NCBI RefSeq assembly: GCF_000150275.1
Contig: NW_002060957.1
Location: forward strand, 856,445 to 920,444
Source of the DNA: Trichoplax adhaerens
Taxonomy: Eukaryota > Animalia > Placozoa
Length of the DNA: 64,000 nt
Reading direction: 5' to 3'
The notes beneath the pieces are model-generated. The model was not told the DNA's origin. It made no database searches and saw only the letters and a list, made by a program, of their open reading frames with translations. Positions within the stretch are counted from its first letter, which is position 1, and every line of letters begins with the position of its first letter. Of the stretch, positions 27,961 to 41,300 are shown piece after piece. The position numbers and the translations under genes were made by a program.

Positions 27961-28959
27961 GCTTAAAATGATTTCAATCACGCATCATCATAAACGCCAG
28001 TTCAATTTATTCAATTCAACTTACCTACTGCAGCAAAATCGTAATCTTCTGGCGGTTTATTTTTTCAGTCTACAATCGCCTGGATAAGCTGTAATGATGA
28101 AGAGATGATTACAATCCAATTTATTAGCAGCTCCTTTCTAACAGAATAGAAATTATAATGTGATCACCAATTCAACTTGATGGTCAATGGGAACTGAAAG
28201 CGATATATTTAGTATTTTATTGACAACCATTGCATTCTACAGGAAGGACATAATTAGCGGCAGATTGATAATGTTTGTAGATATTCTTTCTTCAACAGTA
28301 ATGATGAACTAAATAGAACAACACCTTTCAGTAAGTCATATTTACACAATTAAGAATACAGTCCAATAGATTAATTATCAATCCAACCAAACCAGGTTAC
28401 AGAAATCCCCCCCCCCATTTCAGCCTTTAGGAGTAACATAATCTATCCATGAGCTCCATATAACTGAAAGATTCTACAGTATGAATCATTAGGGCATCAG
28501 AATGAAGGCTAAATATAGGCATAACATATTCATGACAAAAGCAAATATAGCCACAATTTTATTGACAGATGAAATTTTAACAAAATTGGAGTTTTCGAAA
28601 GAGTTATTTGATGATGACATAAAATAAGATTAGCGAAATTTGGTGAGGGGTAAACGATATGAACAAAATTGAAATCAAACAGAATCTTTGACAAGGATGA
28701 CAATTAATCGAAGGACAGACTAAATAGGATCGAATTTTCTTTCGAGGTGTGATAATGGTGAATCATTTTGATCCTAATCTGCGAGCCATACTGGTCGATT
28801 TACTGGTACAGAGACTGAAGTAAAAAAAGGATGCAAATAGCAAATAATAAACTAAATTGAGTCGAACATCTTCAGATAAGAGACTAATATAGATCAACTT
28901 ATATCCTAAACTAAATTCATAATAGAAGAAGTAATCTGAAAACTAAGCATTTATAGCCA

Positions 28960-30360
28960 TGATTGATAATTCATTCATGTAGCTAGCGATGACATTTCGA
29001 ACGAAATTTTTATCGCATTAAATCGATATATAAATTTAAGTCGTTTCAAAGACTCTTTTTACGATTCGAATTACCGTAAATTGCAGCAAACGGCATCAGT
29101 CGATTGGGATCGAATAGAAAGTATAGCAGAGGCAATGTACATCGAATGACAGACTTGATAGATAGGATAAGTGAAGGTTTATTGAAGATATTGCCTATCA
29201 AATGACGAACAATTCCAATCGTGCTCTGCAAGCAATAAAGATTTATTTGGATAGTAGAAGAAATTTTGAAATTATCTGCTAATATAATAATCGAGCATAA
29301 TCAACCAATTCTGCCAAGAATATCGGTCCATTTATATCGTTTTTTTCAAAATTCAAACAAGGTGTAATAATCCCAATGCTAAACTTAACTAGTTTAACGT
29401 TCAGTTCTGTCAATAAATGCTGATCAACTTTATCGTAAGCAAACCTTGAATGGCCAAAATCCATTAATGGATCTATGCAAGTGGACGATAATGGAATTCC
29501 TGCTGATCCAATGTTGGCAATATTATTTCGAAATTAAATCATCACCATTTAAGGTATACAGAAACGGATCTAGCCAACCACTTTCGATCTCCACTGAGAA
29601 TGAATACAATCAAAATGAATCAAGACTGCGAATAATTATTTTAGACGATGATCAAATGATGTCAACATGGATTCTTAAAATTAGTATTGTTTTTTATCCC
29701 AGTCTAGACGATAATTATATATGTCCTATTTTATTATATTTTAATAGAGAATTGGTGACCAATTTACTTCTTTCAATGGAGTTTGCTGATTGAAATCAGC
29801 TATCATGAGTACTCAATAAAAGCTCTCTCTTGAACCTTCAATGAAGATGATTGTCTTCATGGATCATAATATTATCCCTTCCGACGATCATCACCAAAGG
29901 TGTTTTATCATTTTCAGTTATTATCATCCCATTTTAACGCCAGCTAACCTATCTGACACACTAAGCGATGCGTTGATAATAATGAATTGTGTTACTAATC
30001 TAAATCTGTCTGGAAATTTGGCCATTAAAAGTAAATATTACCTGTATGCTCTATATTCCTGTTAAATTGAGCGGTACAACTCCGTAAAGATAATTTTCCC
30101 ATTGCCAATTTCAGTTGAAATGATTTGAAACGATTATAAAGGACTAACAGATATAGTTATACACATAATCTGAAAGTAGCTATGATCTTGTTATCCATTA
30201 TTCCAGATAGGATTAAAATCGAGCAATCTTGCAAGCTTCCCGTAGGTGTATTGACCGCTCTGATCCATCAAGTTGTGCATATAATCAATCATAAATCTTT
30301 TCACTATCTATTCCAGCTGAGTTGATAACTATGTAGAGATAATTATTTTATCGCCATTTT
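28960..30360. pseudogene. Possible decayed coding sequence (SAM-like fragment on the minus strand)
   Basis: Non-repetitive, codon-like stretch with a cluster of 60-115 aa ORFs broken by stops. The minus-strand frame at 29279-29535 contains SIGIITPCLNFEKNDINGPIFL. Confidence 0.25.
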
Positions 30361-30649
30361 TTACTAAAATGATCAAAAATAACGAACATAGAGGTATGTT
30401 ATCATCTCCATAATTAATTATTGAGTAACTTTGGCTGCTGTAATTAGCTAGACTATATCCCAGCGGTGATAGTTCCTTTGCTACCGCATACAATTATGTT
30501 TAACGAACAAGTACGGAGAAACAGAGAGAGATCATTATAGGATTACTAAGTGATCGGCTTGAAAAATACTAGAAATGATATGCTCATTTTAGTTAAAATT
30601 AAATCTCCAGATAAATAGGAGTGCCTTCCTGACACATGAAAATACGAAA

Positions 30650-31410
30650 CAGGCTTGCAGTACCGTTGATACTGTAGATATATTATCGACTTGGAAAATA
30701 TTATTTATAAGCGATAGTAGAAATGATGGACTCATTTCATTTAGAATTAAATCTTAAGACAGGCAGCAGCGCTTTTTTGCCCTATTAAAATATATTAAGC
30801 AGGCTCTCATTAATGCTGCGGATAGACTGTAAATATACTTTAGACTTGGAAAAGATCATTTAAAAATAATAGTAGAAATAATAGGCTCATTTCAGCTAAA
30901 ATTAAATCTTTAGATACACAACAGCGCTTTTCTGCCTCATTAAGATATTGAATTGGCTTTAATTATTATTGATACTGTAGATATACTATCAACTTGGAAA
31001 AGATTATTTTAAAATAATCATAGAAATATTACTGTAGGCTTATCTCGGTTAGAATTAATTGTTTGGAAAGAGAGCAGCGCTTTTTCTACCGTTTTAAAAT
31101 ACTAAACAGGCTTTCATTGACACTGTCAGTACACTATCGACTTGGAAAAGATCATTCAAAAATAATCGTAGAAATGATAGGCGCACTTCGGTTAAAATTA
31201 AACTTTCGGAAAGATAGAAGTGCTTTTCTTCCATTTTAAAATGTTAAATAGGCTTTCGGTAGCTTTGATAGTGTAGAACTACTGCACTATCGAGTTTAGA
31301 AAAAATTATTTAAGAAAATAGTAGAAATGATACCTTCGTTTCCGTTAGAAGTCAATTTTTAGATACGTAGTTGTACTTTTCTGCCCTATTAAAATATCAA
31401 ATAAGCTCAG
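30650..31410. repeat. Tandem array of five ~150-bp units
   Basis: Anchor gacttggaaaa at ~30688, 30843, 30991, 31139 and 31292 (periods 155/148/148/153), with gtagaaatgatagg and cagcgctttt.t.cc in each unit. Confidence 0.92.
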
Positions 31411-32332
31411 AAAGATCATTTTTCGTCATGAAAATGACTACAAACTTTGTAATTCCTGCATCCTACGATATTGCACATTTCATTGTATTTTCGACGTAAC
31501 TAAAATAAGAATACGAATTATCTGTACATTAATGGATATACTAATAGCAATAAGGCATATACGGTACTAGCTTGGTTAATTCTTGTAATTGTTTATTCTT
31601 AGTTGAGTCATTTTAGTAAAATTAGCTTCTTATTGGTTAAATGATATAATTTGTTAGGTTGAAAATCAATATTTGTAGCATAGCACTTCTGATAGAGTAT
31701 ATCAGTGATTAGAAACTGTTGAAGCACAGAAAATATAAAACAGGTAAAAGAAAATAATGCTTTTATTAGCAATCATAATACATAAGGTTAAGCTGTTGTA
31801 TAAAAATTATTCATATCTAGTATAGAGAAAGCTACGGTGCTATTTGTATAAGAGATTTGTATGTCCGTTAAAAATAAATAATATCAAATCAAGTATCGAA
31901 TGGAGAATGATCAAATTTTTTTCCAAGTAAACAATTTTTAGTAAGACTATTTAATTTGCATCCTATGTCCTAGTAGAAATGAATTGTTATCGATAGTTTC
32001 AGACCATTATTACTTGTATAATAAGTCATTGTAATCTAAATCAATTTTGTACAGTATATATTTGCAACAAGATACCAGTAGTTAGACTTGATGGAGAGGA
32101 TGCAAATAAACTGGCTATCTACTTTTGGTCAGATGAATTTTAATACGAAAATTGAAAAGATCTAGATAGAAATTCTGATAAAATTACTTTATAATAATCA
32201 AGAGCAAAAGGAATATAATGCTCATGTAGTCTACCTATCTTAATTATTGAAATAAGCTCTATTTTTTATAAATCTCTACTAAATATAAATCGACACCTTG
32301 GTTTCTTATCAAACCAAGAAAAAATTGCAATT

Positions 32333-35300
32333 CTACCACACTGAATTACGGCGAATAAGTTTTTGGGTTGGGAGTTCAAATTTTAAACCAGGTTTAGTAG
32401 AAGAATGTTCAGTTCTTGAAGCTACTACAGGACTGCAAAATGTGAAATTATTATAACATAATGAGGCAGAGTTTCTCTGCATTGCTTATCATAAAATGAC
32501 CATTAATCCTTTTTAAATGTATTCAGAATCGCATATAGGTTCATTACCTTCCATATATTTTTCGACTACTTCTTAATCCAGATACATCAATATTAGTCTT
32601 ATTATTACTTGTAGGCAGATTTATTCGGGCTTTTCAGTGGTAGCATAATATCAAATGGATAAAGAGATCAGGCCAAAAACGAATCAAATTTAAATCTGTC
32701 AATGGATCTTATCAAAACGTTACAGAAGAACACTTTCTACCTTGATCTTCAAGAGATAGTGCTGTAAAGGAATGCCTTCTCTGTTATTTATATTAAATAT
32801 ATATATATAATATATACAAGATTAGATATGAATGGTAGGTTACGAAAAGTTAAAATCATAAAATAAATAGAAAACTGGCCATTGCTAAATAATTCTGTCG
32901 ATAACAGGTCAATAAATATCTGCTGGTTTAGTTTGTGGATAAACACCATTTTACTACCTAATTAACTTACATTACGCTGAGGAAGATACGATGGCGATGA
33001 AGAATAAGATTCTTCAGGAATAATATCGGATTTAACGTTAGTATTTATAACGCCAACCTGTCGAGAGCAATTGTAGTAGGTGAATATAAGATTCAATTTA
33101 ATAATTTCTAATATCATCTGACTTCATACAGACTAAAGAGCATTATCAAAAGAGCTTATTGTGGTTATTTGGGAAGGCAGACTAGAACACAATCTTAACC
33201 ATCGCAATTAATCCTTTCTATTACGATTCATATTTCTGACTGAGTATAAATCTAAATTAGCTAAATTATCTTCCTTTAAATCTTATGTGTCATCTCATTA
33301 TACTTGTTAGGACTGAATTTGAATTAATCTGTATTAATCTGTCCTAAGACTGAAAAATGAACAAAGTAGTAGAATAAGGTAATTCTGTATAGCTCTACCC
33401 AGATTAATTGTTTAGTTTCGGATTATAAAATAAACATTAATTTTCTGGAGATACAATTCTGCATAAATTAATTTGTTCAATTTCGAACGGTCTAACGAGA
33501 ACATTGGCGAATTTTCTTACATTTGTTTGGTTATATGAGTTAGAACTAAACTTAAATTAATATACAAGTACATTCTTCTACTCTATTATTGAATAATTAT
33601 AGTGTAATATTTTTGAAACAAACTTGAACACATTTTTTCAGATTGTCAAGTAAGATAACTAGAAAGTTAAACTTAGATAATTAATTGTATCATTCCGTAA
33701 GATTATAAGCATGACTGGAACCTGAAATATCTTCTAAGCTATTTCATTCCATGCAAAATCAAAAAGTTTCTTACCAATGAATTTGTATTATAAATTGACT
33801 ATAATTCAATCTTTTAATTATTATCTCTATTAATTTTTTAGAATATAGAAGATTATCACCCGCTCCTGATCGAACAATCAAAGCTATTATAAATCACAGA
33901 TAAGCATATAAAGGATATACGAAACTCAACTTACTCGATAGCTATATTGCAAGGATAGAATTAATAATAACGTATTCAAGTTATGATTCAGTTTTAATTA
34001 TCTTTAATTAAACAGTACTTACTGAATTGCTACGGCCACCCGAGGATCTACTAGTCACAGGACTATTTCGCGTTTCAGTTTGATGTTGTGATGGATAGTC
34101 CTTTTTTTCAACGGTTATTGTTTGATGCTTTAAATTTTTGACTTCTAGCTCGTACAGTTTGATCATGGCTTTTAATTTCTCATTTTCACCTTCCAATCTA
34201 GAATAGAGATTTTGATCAATTTCTTAAATCCAAGACTACTGTAGCTGTATATGAAAATAAATTTTCAATTTATGAAAGTTATGCAAAATGGATGGTATTC
34301 AGAGATTTAGTTTTGACTTACTCTAAAACAGCTTTACTCTTGTCGTTTAATTCATTTTCTACTTTCTGATATACTGTTGAATCTTCCACCTTGATAGGGA
34401 CAACATTGAATCATACAAATCCGCAAGATAGTAATTATAAAATAATTAGTGTATATATATATATACAAATATCAAATCATTTGCCCCCAAAATTCTCGAT
34501 ACAAGTCGTAATGGTCCGTATTTCGATCAATGTCATACAAGAAATAGTTTCATTAAAGGCACTACTATATCATTCCTTACCAATTTTTGAGCCTTATTTG
34601 TTTCTTTCAGTTTCTTTTGAGCCGAAAATAACTATTAAAAGTCACAAGACTTGGATTATTGGTCATAGAAATGAAGTTATCATTAATTCATTCTATTCTA
34701 TACATTGAATTGGTAATAACCTCATCCTGTAAGGAAACTAAACTCTCTTGCAATAGTTCGTTTTCTTCACCACTCTCGGCTACTTTTTGATTCAGATCTT
34801 GAATTGCTTGATTTCTGCCATAATAAGGGATGGAAAATCAATTATCAACATCGAACTAAAGAATCAATTCTTAAACTGATAATCAATTACGAATCAGAAG
34901 AGCTGAATGAACTGCTAAGAATGACCATTAGCAAGTAGCAGAATTCACATTATTAACAAAATCGTGTCCAGTAATTAAAACTAACCCATTTCAATTAAAG
35001 TAATTGATAATTATGAAAGCATATCATCTAAATTTACTCTATAATATACTATCATTCATCTGGCTATAAAGCACAGATAGGATATTCACTTCATTCAATT
35101 CTAACTGCCCTAATGGATACTTTACCTGTTTTTCATCTTCTGTATTAAATTACTATATCTTTTTTTTAGTCTTTCATAATCTGATTCTTGATTTTTTATT
35201 TCCGGTGATGGGGCGCGATCCTATATAGGTCGTTTTGAAAAGAAATCCTGAATTTAACGCAAAGTATTGCCTAACGAATGGGATCATCATGATTAGAAAT

Positions 35301-38300
35301 TTCAGCTCATTTCATGTAGAACTGAAATTTTTATTAATTAGAACCTTTCTTGGACTACTCGAAGTACTATTATGTCGACTTGAAAATCCTGATGCATCCT
35401 ATTTCAAAAGACACATAGGGGTTTACAAATATTACGGGAAAAAATTGATAATGTTCTAAAATTGAGCTTTAAATGCAATCTCGTAATAGAGGCTAAATTG
35501 CCTGGACCATTTTAACAGCTCACCTTCCTATTGGAAATATCCATAATTTTCGATAATTCGTCTCGCACAGATTGTAGTTCTGCACTAATTTCCTGTAACA
35601 TAAATGTTTGAATTATCATAAGCAGTAGTTTAAGATATCAGATATTGACCCTCTACTTACAATTTACGCAATATCTACTAGCTATAAACGGATATCTCCA
35701 CTACTACTTATTATATGAATTTACTGAAAAAAAGCTTTCTACAAAATCGGTTGTTATAATAAACCGTCCATCCAACATTACAATAAAAGAACCGACTGCA
35801 TATATGTAAAATTAAAGTTTTACTACGTTATTCATTAATAATTCAACTTAAGAAGGATCAGTTTGATGAAAATTTAATTAGAATAAAAGATTCCTATGCA
35901 ATCAATAGCATGAAAGGAGCTATTGATAGCTTGATTAACCTTCACTGGTGATTCCGGATGTGGCTGTACCGCTGTCTCGTTTTGCTTTACGATAGTTGCC
36001 ACTTTTTCTTTCTCCATTTGCTGATACATAAAGAAATATTTACAGATAAGTGGAATATTATCATAAAATATCCAATCCAAATTATCATCACAACATAAGT
36101 ACCTGTTTTACTTCGTATAATTCAGAGCGTAGTCTCTTATTCTCGCGAACAAATTCAGCTCTTGCAGAAAACAATTTAGAAAGTTTCTCCTTGGTTTCTG
36201 ACAATTCTTCTTTTAATTGCTGTTCCGCTAAGCTAGGACTAAAATTGTATCGTTATGAATATCTCAGAGACGAGAGAATGTTCAACAATATTCTACTATG
36301 AGTAAAACAGTCTGATATATAGACCCATAGTTCTCGGGTTAGGGCTAATGCTAATAACTTGTAGCTACTGTAATAATGTAATATATTTTTTCCATATTAT
36401 GATCAGAGTATAGAATTGTAATCAGTGATAGATCAGTGCGGTACTCTCCCATTAACATTTTTAACTAAACTAGCTATTACTGAATATTTTAATTTCTTAC
36501 AATGTAGCATTTACTACAAAAAATTATCGGTAAGAATGATTGATTGAAGCTAATTTTTATACAGAAAGTCTTTCTATTCCTCTCTATTACTTGGCTATGA
36601 ACTCAAACTTATACGTATTCTGTGCTGTATTATGAGATATTTCCCTAAAAAAAGGTTAAAAATATTATCCTACCCGTTGTGTTGCGGTTGATCCTGGGAA
36701 ATTTCATTATTTGCATTTGAATTCGATTCTAAATTCTATAGCCATCAGTTAAGATTATAAATTATAATTTTTAATTTAAAGGCACAGCAAAAATATAAAA
36801 CCAAGACTAGCTTTGATCTGACCTCGTGGTTAATTACACCATTTTGTGCATCTAGAAAATTGATTCAAATCCAGGAATAAGATTACTATATCGACTAGAT
36901 CCTGTATGAAAGCTAATCTTTTTTGGACCTACCTTGTACTGGACGGGCATTTCGTATATTCTGGATGACTTTAGAATGTTCTTGTACCAGTCTTTTAAAA
37001 TACAAGTAGAAATTTGAGTTATCCTTAAAGTGAATTAATATTCTATTTCATCTAGCTGAATTAATTGATATTGAGCATAAAAACCTCTTATGCCGTATTT
37101 CTAAATTCTGAAAGTCACTTTTTAAATTATCATATTTCGCTTTCAAACCATTAGTCTAAGGGAACCGGAAGTAATTATAGTGGTTAGTTAGTAAGCAAGA
37201 AATATACAACAGATTGTTCTTGAAATAAAATATGCTTTTCCTCCATGATTTAAGCGCTTAAAACGAAATGAACTATAGTACACAGTAGAAATGGTTTACT
37301 AACTTCAATGTTGTATTTTATATTTAATTCAGTTAATAATAAATTTTTCTCTTCTTTTAATTTTTCAATCTCTTCTTCAAATTGATTTGCAAAGGTAGTT
37401 ATAGTCTCCTGGTCTTTCGTTTCCTTGACTGCTAGTTGTCGTTCTTGTTGCTCTCTTTCCTAGAACAACAAAAGGGAATTGTTAGGCCAATATCGTTATA
37501 ACTATTCGTAAAACATTTTGTAAAGTATCGTAATGCTACTACTGGTCTTTATCAAGTCTATTCCGACTTATTCTTTCAATTATTGCTCTTCATGATCGTA
37601 ATTTTAGTAATATTAATTTCGTGATTTATTTTACGCCTGATTTAGTATTCTTTTCATTTCTTACATTTTACATTAATTTAATTACCTAGATATTTGACAT
37701 TTATCAGAACTATTTCTAACTCGCTCTTTATCTTCCACTCGTCGAGAGAATTAATTAAATACTTGGATATTTCAACCTATCAGGACCCTATTCAACCTAC
37801 TCTTCATCTTCTAATCTGCACGAGTACTGAATAACAGTAAATACTTGCAATCTATCAAGCCTGATTCAATCTATTCTTCCCTCTTCTATATCCCTCTATT
37901 TTTAAATATTTCATATACTGACATATTAGAGTTATTTTCAATGAATTCTTCATCTCTCACCAACTATCAATACTACCTTAAAATACTTAAGCATTACAAT
38001 TTATCAATCTGATTCATAGTCTACTGTGCAGCTATCACTACTCTTAAAGTCTTATTTATCACAATTCCTAAGGGCTTATCTTTAATTATTTCTTTCGGCT
38101 TTAACCGTCATGTAAACCTTAAGCTTAATGTATCTTAGTGCAATAATCTATCAAACTATTTTTCATAACTGCTTTCTTCTAAATCTTTTAATTAATACTT
38201 CTAGGAAAAATAACAGGAGAAAATTGGTTATGGAATTGTCGATTTGCTTTCAGCCTGCTGTCTCGCATACTATTGTACTCTTTGCCAATAGTAATACTTT

Positions 38301-41300
38301 GATATTGCAAATTATATCACTTCCATTTACAAGTTTAGCCTCTCAGCTATTGTTCACTATCAGGATAAATCTAGAGATACTTTAATATCGCAGTCGATTA
38401 AATTTCTTACAAATGTTCTCTGCTTTACTATAATACTCTATCCGAATAGTCATTACATTGATATCCTAACCTATCTATCAAGTTTTTGATATAATCTATC
38501 AGCTATCCTGCTGCCTTTAATGCTACATTAATATCGTGACGCATCAAAACTTATTTTCAACTTACTCTTTCTTCATTGGTTCGATCTAGTTGATATTGTA
38601 ATTGACGAATCTCTTTCTGTTTAAATAAGATGTCATCCTCTAAGCTGCTAATTTGAGCTTTATAACCTTCCATTTCATTCTCAGCCTTATGAAGTGAATC
38701 TTGAAGATGCTCTACTTCGGTCTAATGAAGAGTAAGGCAATAAAACTAGTTCAAGCCATGTTTTCAAAATAATTTATTCTCTATTGCTGCCATGATTGTA
38801 ATTGTTAGCTTCATAAATGATAATCAATCAAAACTATTTAAAATCAATGCTGTTCATAGTAGACTTTGAGAATATCCATAGTGATTTATTACCCTTAGCT
38901 TTTGAATTCTTTCATTAGAGGCACGGAAATCCTTTCCTTCCAACCATTCACGAAGCTCTAACTTTGATTGCTTAAGTTGCTATATGTCAAATTTTGTATG
39001 GAATATTAAACGTATAAACATTATGATCATGATAGATGGAATATAGTCGGTCTTGCTATAGAGAACTCACACGTAGCATTTCTTGACATCTTCCAATTAA
39101 TTGTTGCTTTTCTTCATTGACTGCATGCAATTGTAGCTTTTGCATCATTAAGAACAATATTAATTATATGAATCCTATCTGTTCAAATTGATGCTACTGA
39201 ATTGGAAAGTAATTTTTAGTCATTCTTTCATTCTAATTACTATGTTAACTCTGATTCTAGATCATTTGTATCAATCTACCGAAGGAGCAATAATTTTAAT
39301 TTCCTCTAGCTTTAATAGTAAATTTTTTCTTGGGAAACGAATTACAAGAAACTACCGAGTCTGGTTTGGATCGCTACATGAAATTATATTCCCGCTAGCC
39401 TCTATTAAACAGCTCAAGACACTTACTCATTCGACTTACCTCTAATTTTTCCTTGGCTTCTTTTATGGAATTATTTTGATCTAAGAACTGGTTTTCTTTT
39501 GACTGCAATAGCTAATAGAGTGGTGTAGATATAATTTTAAATTTTTTACAATCTTGATATCACGACAATACCAAAATTAGCAAGCATTCTTTCATAAGCT
39601 TTTACTATCTAAAACGTATATTGCATCATGTTTATCGCATAAAATTACCTGAGAAAAACGATCTTCTTGTAAAATTAATTGTTTCTTAGTTTCATCGCAT
39701 TCTTCCTTGATGGTTAATAGATGATTTTTATCTCGATTTAGATCATCAATATCTCGCTGTTTATTAGCAATTGTATCCTCCAACTGATTTATATTTAGAC
39801 TCATCTGTCTGTTAATCTAGTAAACACCAAAAAATAAATCTCTTTAATCATCTTATTGCTAAAACATCTCACAATAAACTTTGCCCCTCAGGATATATAT
39901 AAAATTATTTCAAGATTTTGATAATAATTTCATGTGATAAAAGTTATGGCTATGAATTTATCAAGTTTATTCATGCATCTTAAAGAGTATCGTGTCGATG
40001 CTAGCTATCCTATAGTCGTATATAGGCAGGATCATTAACAATCTGTGAAATAAACTGAAAGCTAACGTGTACCTCAAGCATCATTAATTTTCACACTTAC
40101 TTCGAGAAATTCGGTTAGTTTCTGAGATAATTCATCGTTTTCCTGAATAATATCTTCGTATGACTGATGAATTTTATGAAGCTCATCCTTGGTTTTATTT
40201 AACTCGTCGCAAATTGATCTTTGGCTCTAAGAAATTAAAATAGAAATGAGTTATAAAACTAAGCAATAGGAACAAAACGGTAAATATAGTCGCTTTTATT
40301 TAACGGATCATCAAAGACTAAACTTGAAGTCTAACGGCTATTAAAAAATCTAGAAAGATTTTATGACAATATTAGAGAATTGAAATAACTTTCAGAGCTA
40401 TATACTAAGATATAGTGGAAAGATACATTACGTAAAATTTCAGTATAAAAATGAAGCTATGAGGATCTAAATTTTGCTATACTCCCGCTAAATAATTCCT
40501 ATTTTCTGACTATAAAGATCTATGAACGACATGCCTGATTTTTTAAATTATAATTTGAAATTTAATGTTACGTCTTCATAAGTATCTAGAATAGTTCCGT
40601 AGCTAAAAATTTAAATCATCGAGTCGGGATAATTTTTTCAATAACTGCACTGTATGCAAATTCAGAACTATAAATGTATTTCCTACATCATCCTAGTATC
40701 GAAATATTTACAGTTTTGTATGATCAAATAGTAGGTTTTTCCTAGATATAACAATAGCGCCCTGTACTATTTTCTATCCTAATGTCTAATGATTGAATAT
40801 CTGTAAAGCTAAGCTATCAAGTACTCTACATGTACTGTATAGAGTATTTGCTGTAATTTACTCATATGCCACAGATGACATTGTTAATTTCATTTTAAAA
40901 TGTAAGCATGTTGCAATGGCTAGTACTGAATATGGTAAATGCTACGCAATGTACGTTCTCGCAAATCTGAGAATATGGTTATAACCTTAAAATCATAATT
41001 ACTCATCTCCCTATATTACTTACGTGATTTAATTTATCATTTTCAACTATTAATTCATCGCACTTATCCTCGACATAGGACTTATTTTGCTCCTGCCTTC
41101 CAATTTCTGCTTGATATTGATTACATGATTGTTCTAATCGATTTAACCGATTTTTAAAGTCGACATTACAATGTTCTGCCTCTTGTAATTGCTAAAAGAT
41201 ATTATTAAAGTCATGATATTAGAATTTGTATTAATCTGTCAAAGTGGCCTATATTCAATTGTACTTTAGAATAACCTCAGCCAGTTGATTCCTTTCGCGT

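Noticed and set aside
30650-31410. CRISPR-like array
   Set aside because: Whole units are homologous, with no unique spacers and no cas genes, in a eukaryotic context.
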